A stretch of DNA of 64,000 nt from Candidatus Omnitrophota bacterium (GTDB taxonomy: Bacteria > Omnitrophota > Gorgyraeia > Gygaellales > Gygaellaceae): NCBI GenBank assembly GCA_018400015.1, contig JAGYNB010000002.1:52402-116401 (forward strand), read 5' to 3'. The notes below the pieces were generated by a model. It was not told the DNA's origin, made no database searches, and was given only the letters and a program-made list of their open reading frames with translations. Both the position numbers and the translations under genes were made by a program. Shown here in pieces: positions 63,093-64,000 of the stretch. Positions within the stretch are counted from its first letter, which is position 1. Each line of letters begins with the position of its first letter.

Positions 63093-64000
63093 ATGAAAAA
63101 TGTAACTACGGTAATTTTGGCCGCAGGTAAAGGCGTACGTATGAAGTCGCAGAAGCCAAAGGTTTTGCATAAGTTATGTGGAAAGTCTTTATTACAATAT
63201 AGTATTGATTTGTCGCTTAGATTGGGAATAAAACCAATATTGATATTAGGCAGTGATAAACAATTATTTTTAAAGTATATAGCTAATTTTAAAACGATAT
63301 TTCAGACAAAGCCTAAGGGTACTGCCGATGCGGTTAAGTCTTTAAAAAAGATTTCCCATGTGATTTCGTCAAACTTAGTTGTTTTGTATGGCGATATTCC
63401 TCTTTTAACCGCGGATACGGTGAGAAACCTTATTAATGCCCACGTAAAAAGTGAGGCAGCTGCTACTGTGTTAACCGCCTATATGGATAATCCTACAGGT
63501 TACGGCAGGATAGTAAGAGACAATCTTAGCAATATTTTAAAGATCGTTGAAGAAAAAGATGCAACTTTAGAGGAAAAGAACATAAAAGAGGTAAATACTG
63601 GAATAATTTGTTTTAAGAAAAAAGTGTTGTTTTCTTTTATAAATAGGATAAAATCTAACAACAGTAAAAATGAGTTTTATCTTACGGATATTTTTTCTAT
63701 ATTTAAAGAGCATAATATTAAGATCAATTCATTTTTATTGGAAGATAGCACTGAAAGTCTGGGAATTAACACTCAGAAAGATTTAGTTCAAGCTTCCAAG
63801 ACTATGCGTAGCCGTATTATCGATGGTTTCCTTGATAAAGGAGTAAGGATAATTGCTCCCGAGACTTTATTTATGGAGTCGGATGTGGAGATTGGAATTG
63901 ATACTGTAATTTATCCTTATGTGGTTATTGATCACAATGTAAGAATTGGTGCTAATTGTCATATTGGACCTTTTTGTCATATCAGAGAAGATACTGTTAT
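63093..64000 (+). CDS. glmU: bifunctional UDP-GlcNAc pyrophosphorylase / GlcN-1-P acetyltransferase (3' partial)
   Basis: N-terminal LAAGKGVRMKS nucleotidyltransferase motif, left-handed beta-helix hexapeptide repeats at the end of the window. Confidence 0.85.
   Translation, partial: MKNVTTVILAAGKGVRMKSQKPKVLHKLCGKSLLQYSIDLSLRLGIKPILILGSDKQLFLKYIANFKTIFQTKPKGTADAVKSLKKISHVISSNLVVLYGDIPLLTADTVRNLINAHVKSEAAATVLTAYMDNPTGYGRIVRDNLSNILKIVEEKDATLEEKNIKEVNTGIICFKKKVLFSFINRIKSNNSKNEFYLTDIFSIFKEHNIKINSFLLEDSTESLGINTQKDLVQASKTMRSRIIDGFLDKGVRIIAPETLFMESDVEIGIDTVIYPYVVIDHNVRIGANCHIGPFCHIREDTV

Overview
The window is a 64 kb, AT-rich (roughly 35% GC), very compact bacterial chromosomal segment. Nearly every gene is on the + strand; only a PpiD-like chaperone gene and rpmB are on the - strand. 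Many neighbouring genes overlap by 4 nt (ATGA/GTGA junctions). Most of the content is core housekeeping. This includes MEP-pathway genes (dxr, ispG, ispE), rseP, the rimP-nusA-infB cluster, four tRNA synthetases (proS, trpS, argS and a probable Fe-S TrpRS), and scpA and ruvB. It also includes queuosine genes (queH, queA, tgt), trmD-rplS-rnhB, polA, glgA, coaE and rho-rpmE-prfA-prmC-murA. The trp operon is trpGDCFBA with no trpE in the window. The rest comprises a PabB-PabC fusion, a four-subunit pyruvate:ferredoxin oxidoreductase (porGDAB) with a ferredoxin and a radical-SAM enzyme, long-form hisG, a split transketolase, spoVG, tRNA-Gln and glmU. The most notable block is a contiguous, co-oriented Wood-Ljungdahl methyl-branch cluster, fhs-fchA-folD-metV-metF, followed by a truncated LpdA-like flavoprotein and a full-length acetyl-CoA synthase (AcsB/CdhC family). 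No CODH, CFeSP, methyltransferase or CooC genes lie nearby. The acetyl-CoA synthase keeps the four cysteines of the A-cluster [4Fe-4S] site but appears to carry C-S-A-C where the canonical Ni-binding Cys-Gly-Cys should be. Other points of interest: an orphan CpaF/VirB11-type ATPase, an editing-domain-less ProRS carrying a zinc ribbon, a secreted tail-fibre-like protein inserted in the rho-rpmE cluster, and a coiled-coil membrane protein inserted in the trp operon. A strongly RBS-preceded 33-aa hyper-basic ORF resembling ribosomal protein bS22/THX is absent from the ORF track. SpoVG carries a zinc-ribbon insertion. No CRISPR array, integrase or transposase was seen. All calls rest on reading the ORF translations and the raw sequence; no database searches were run.
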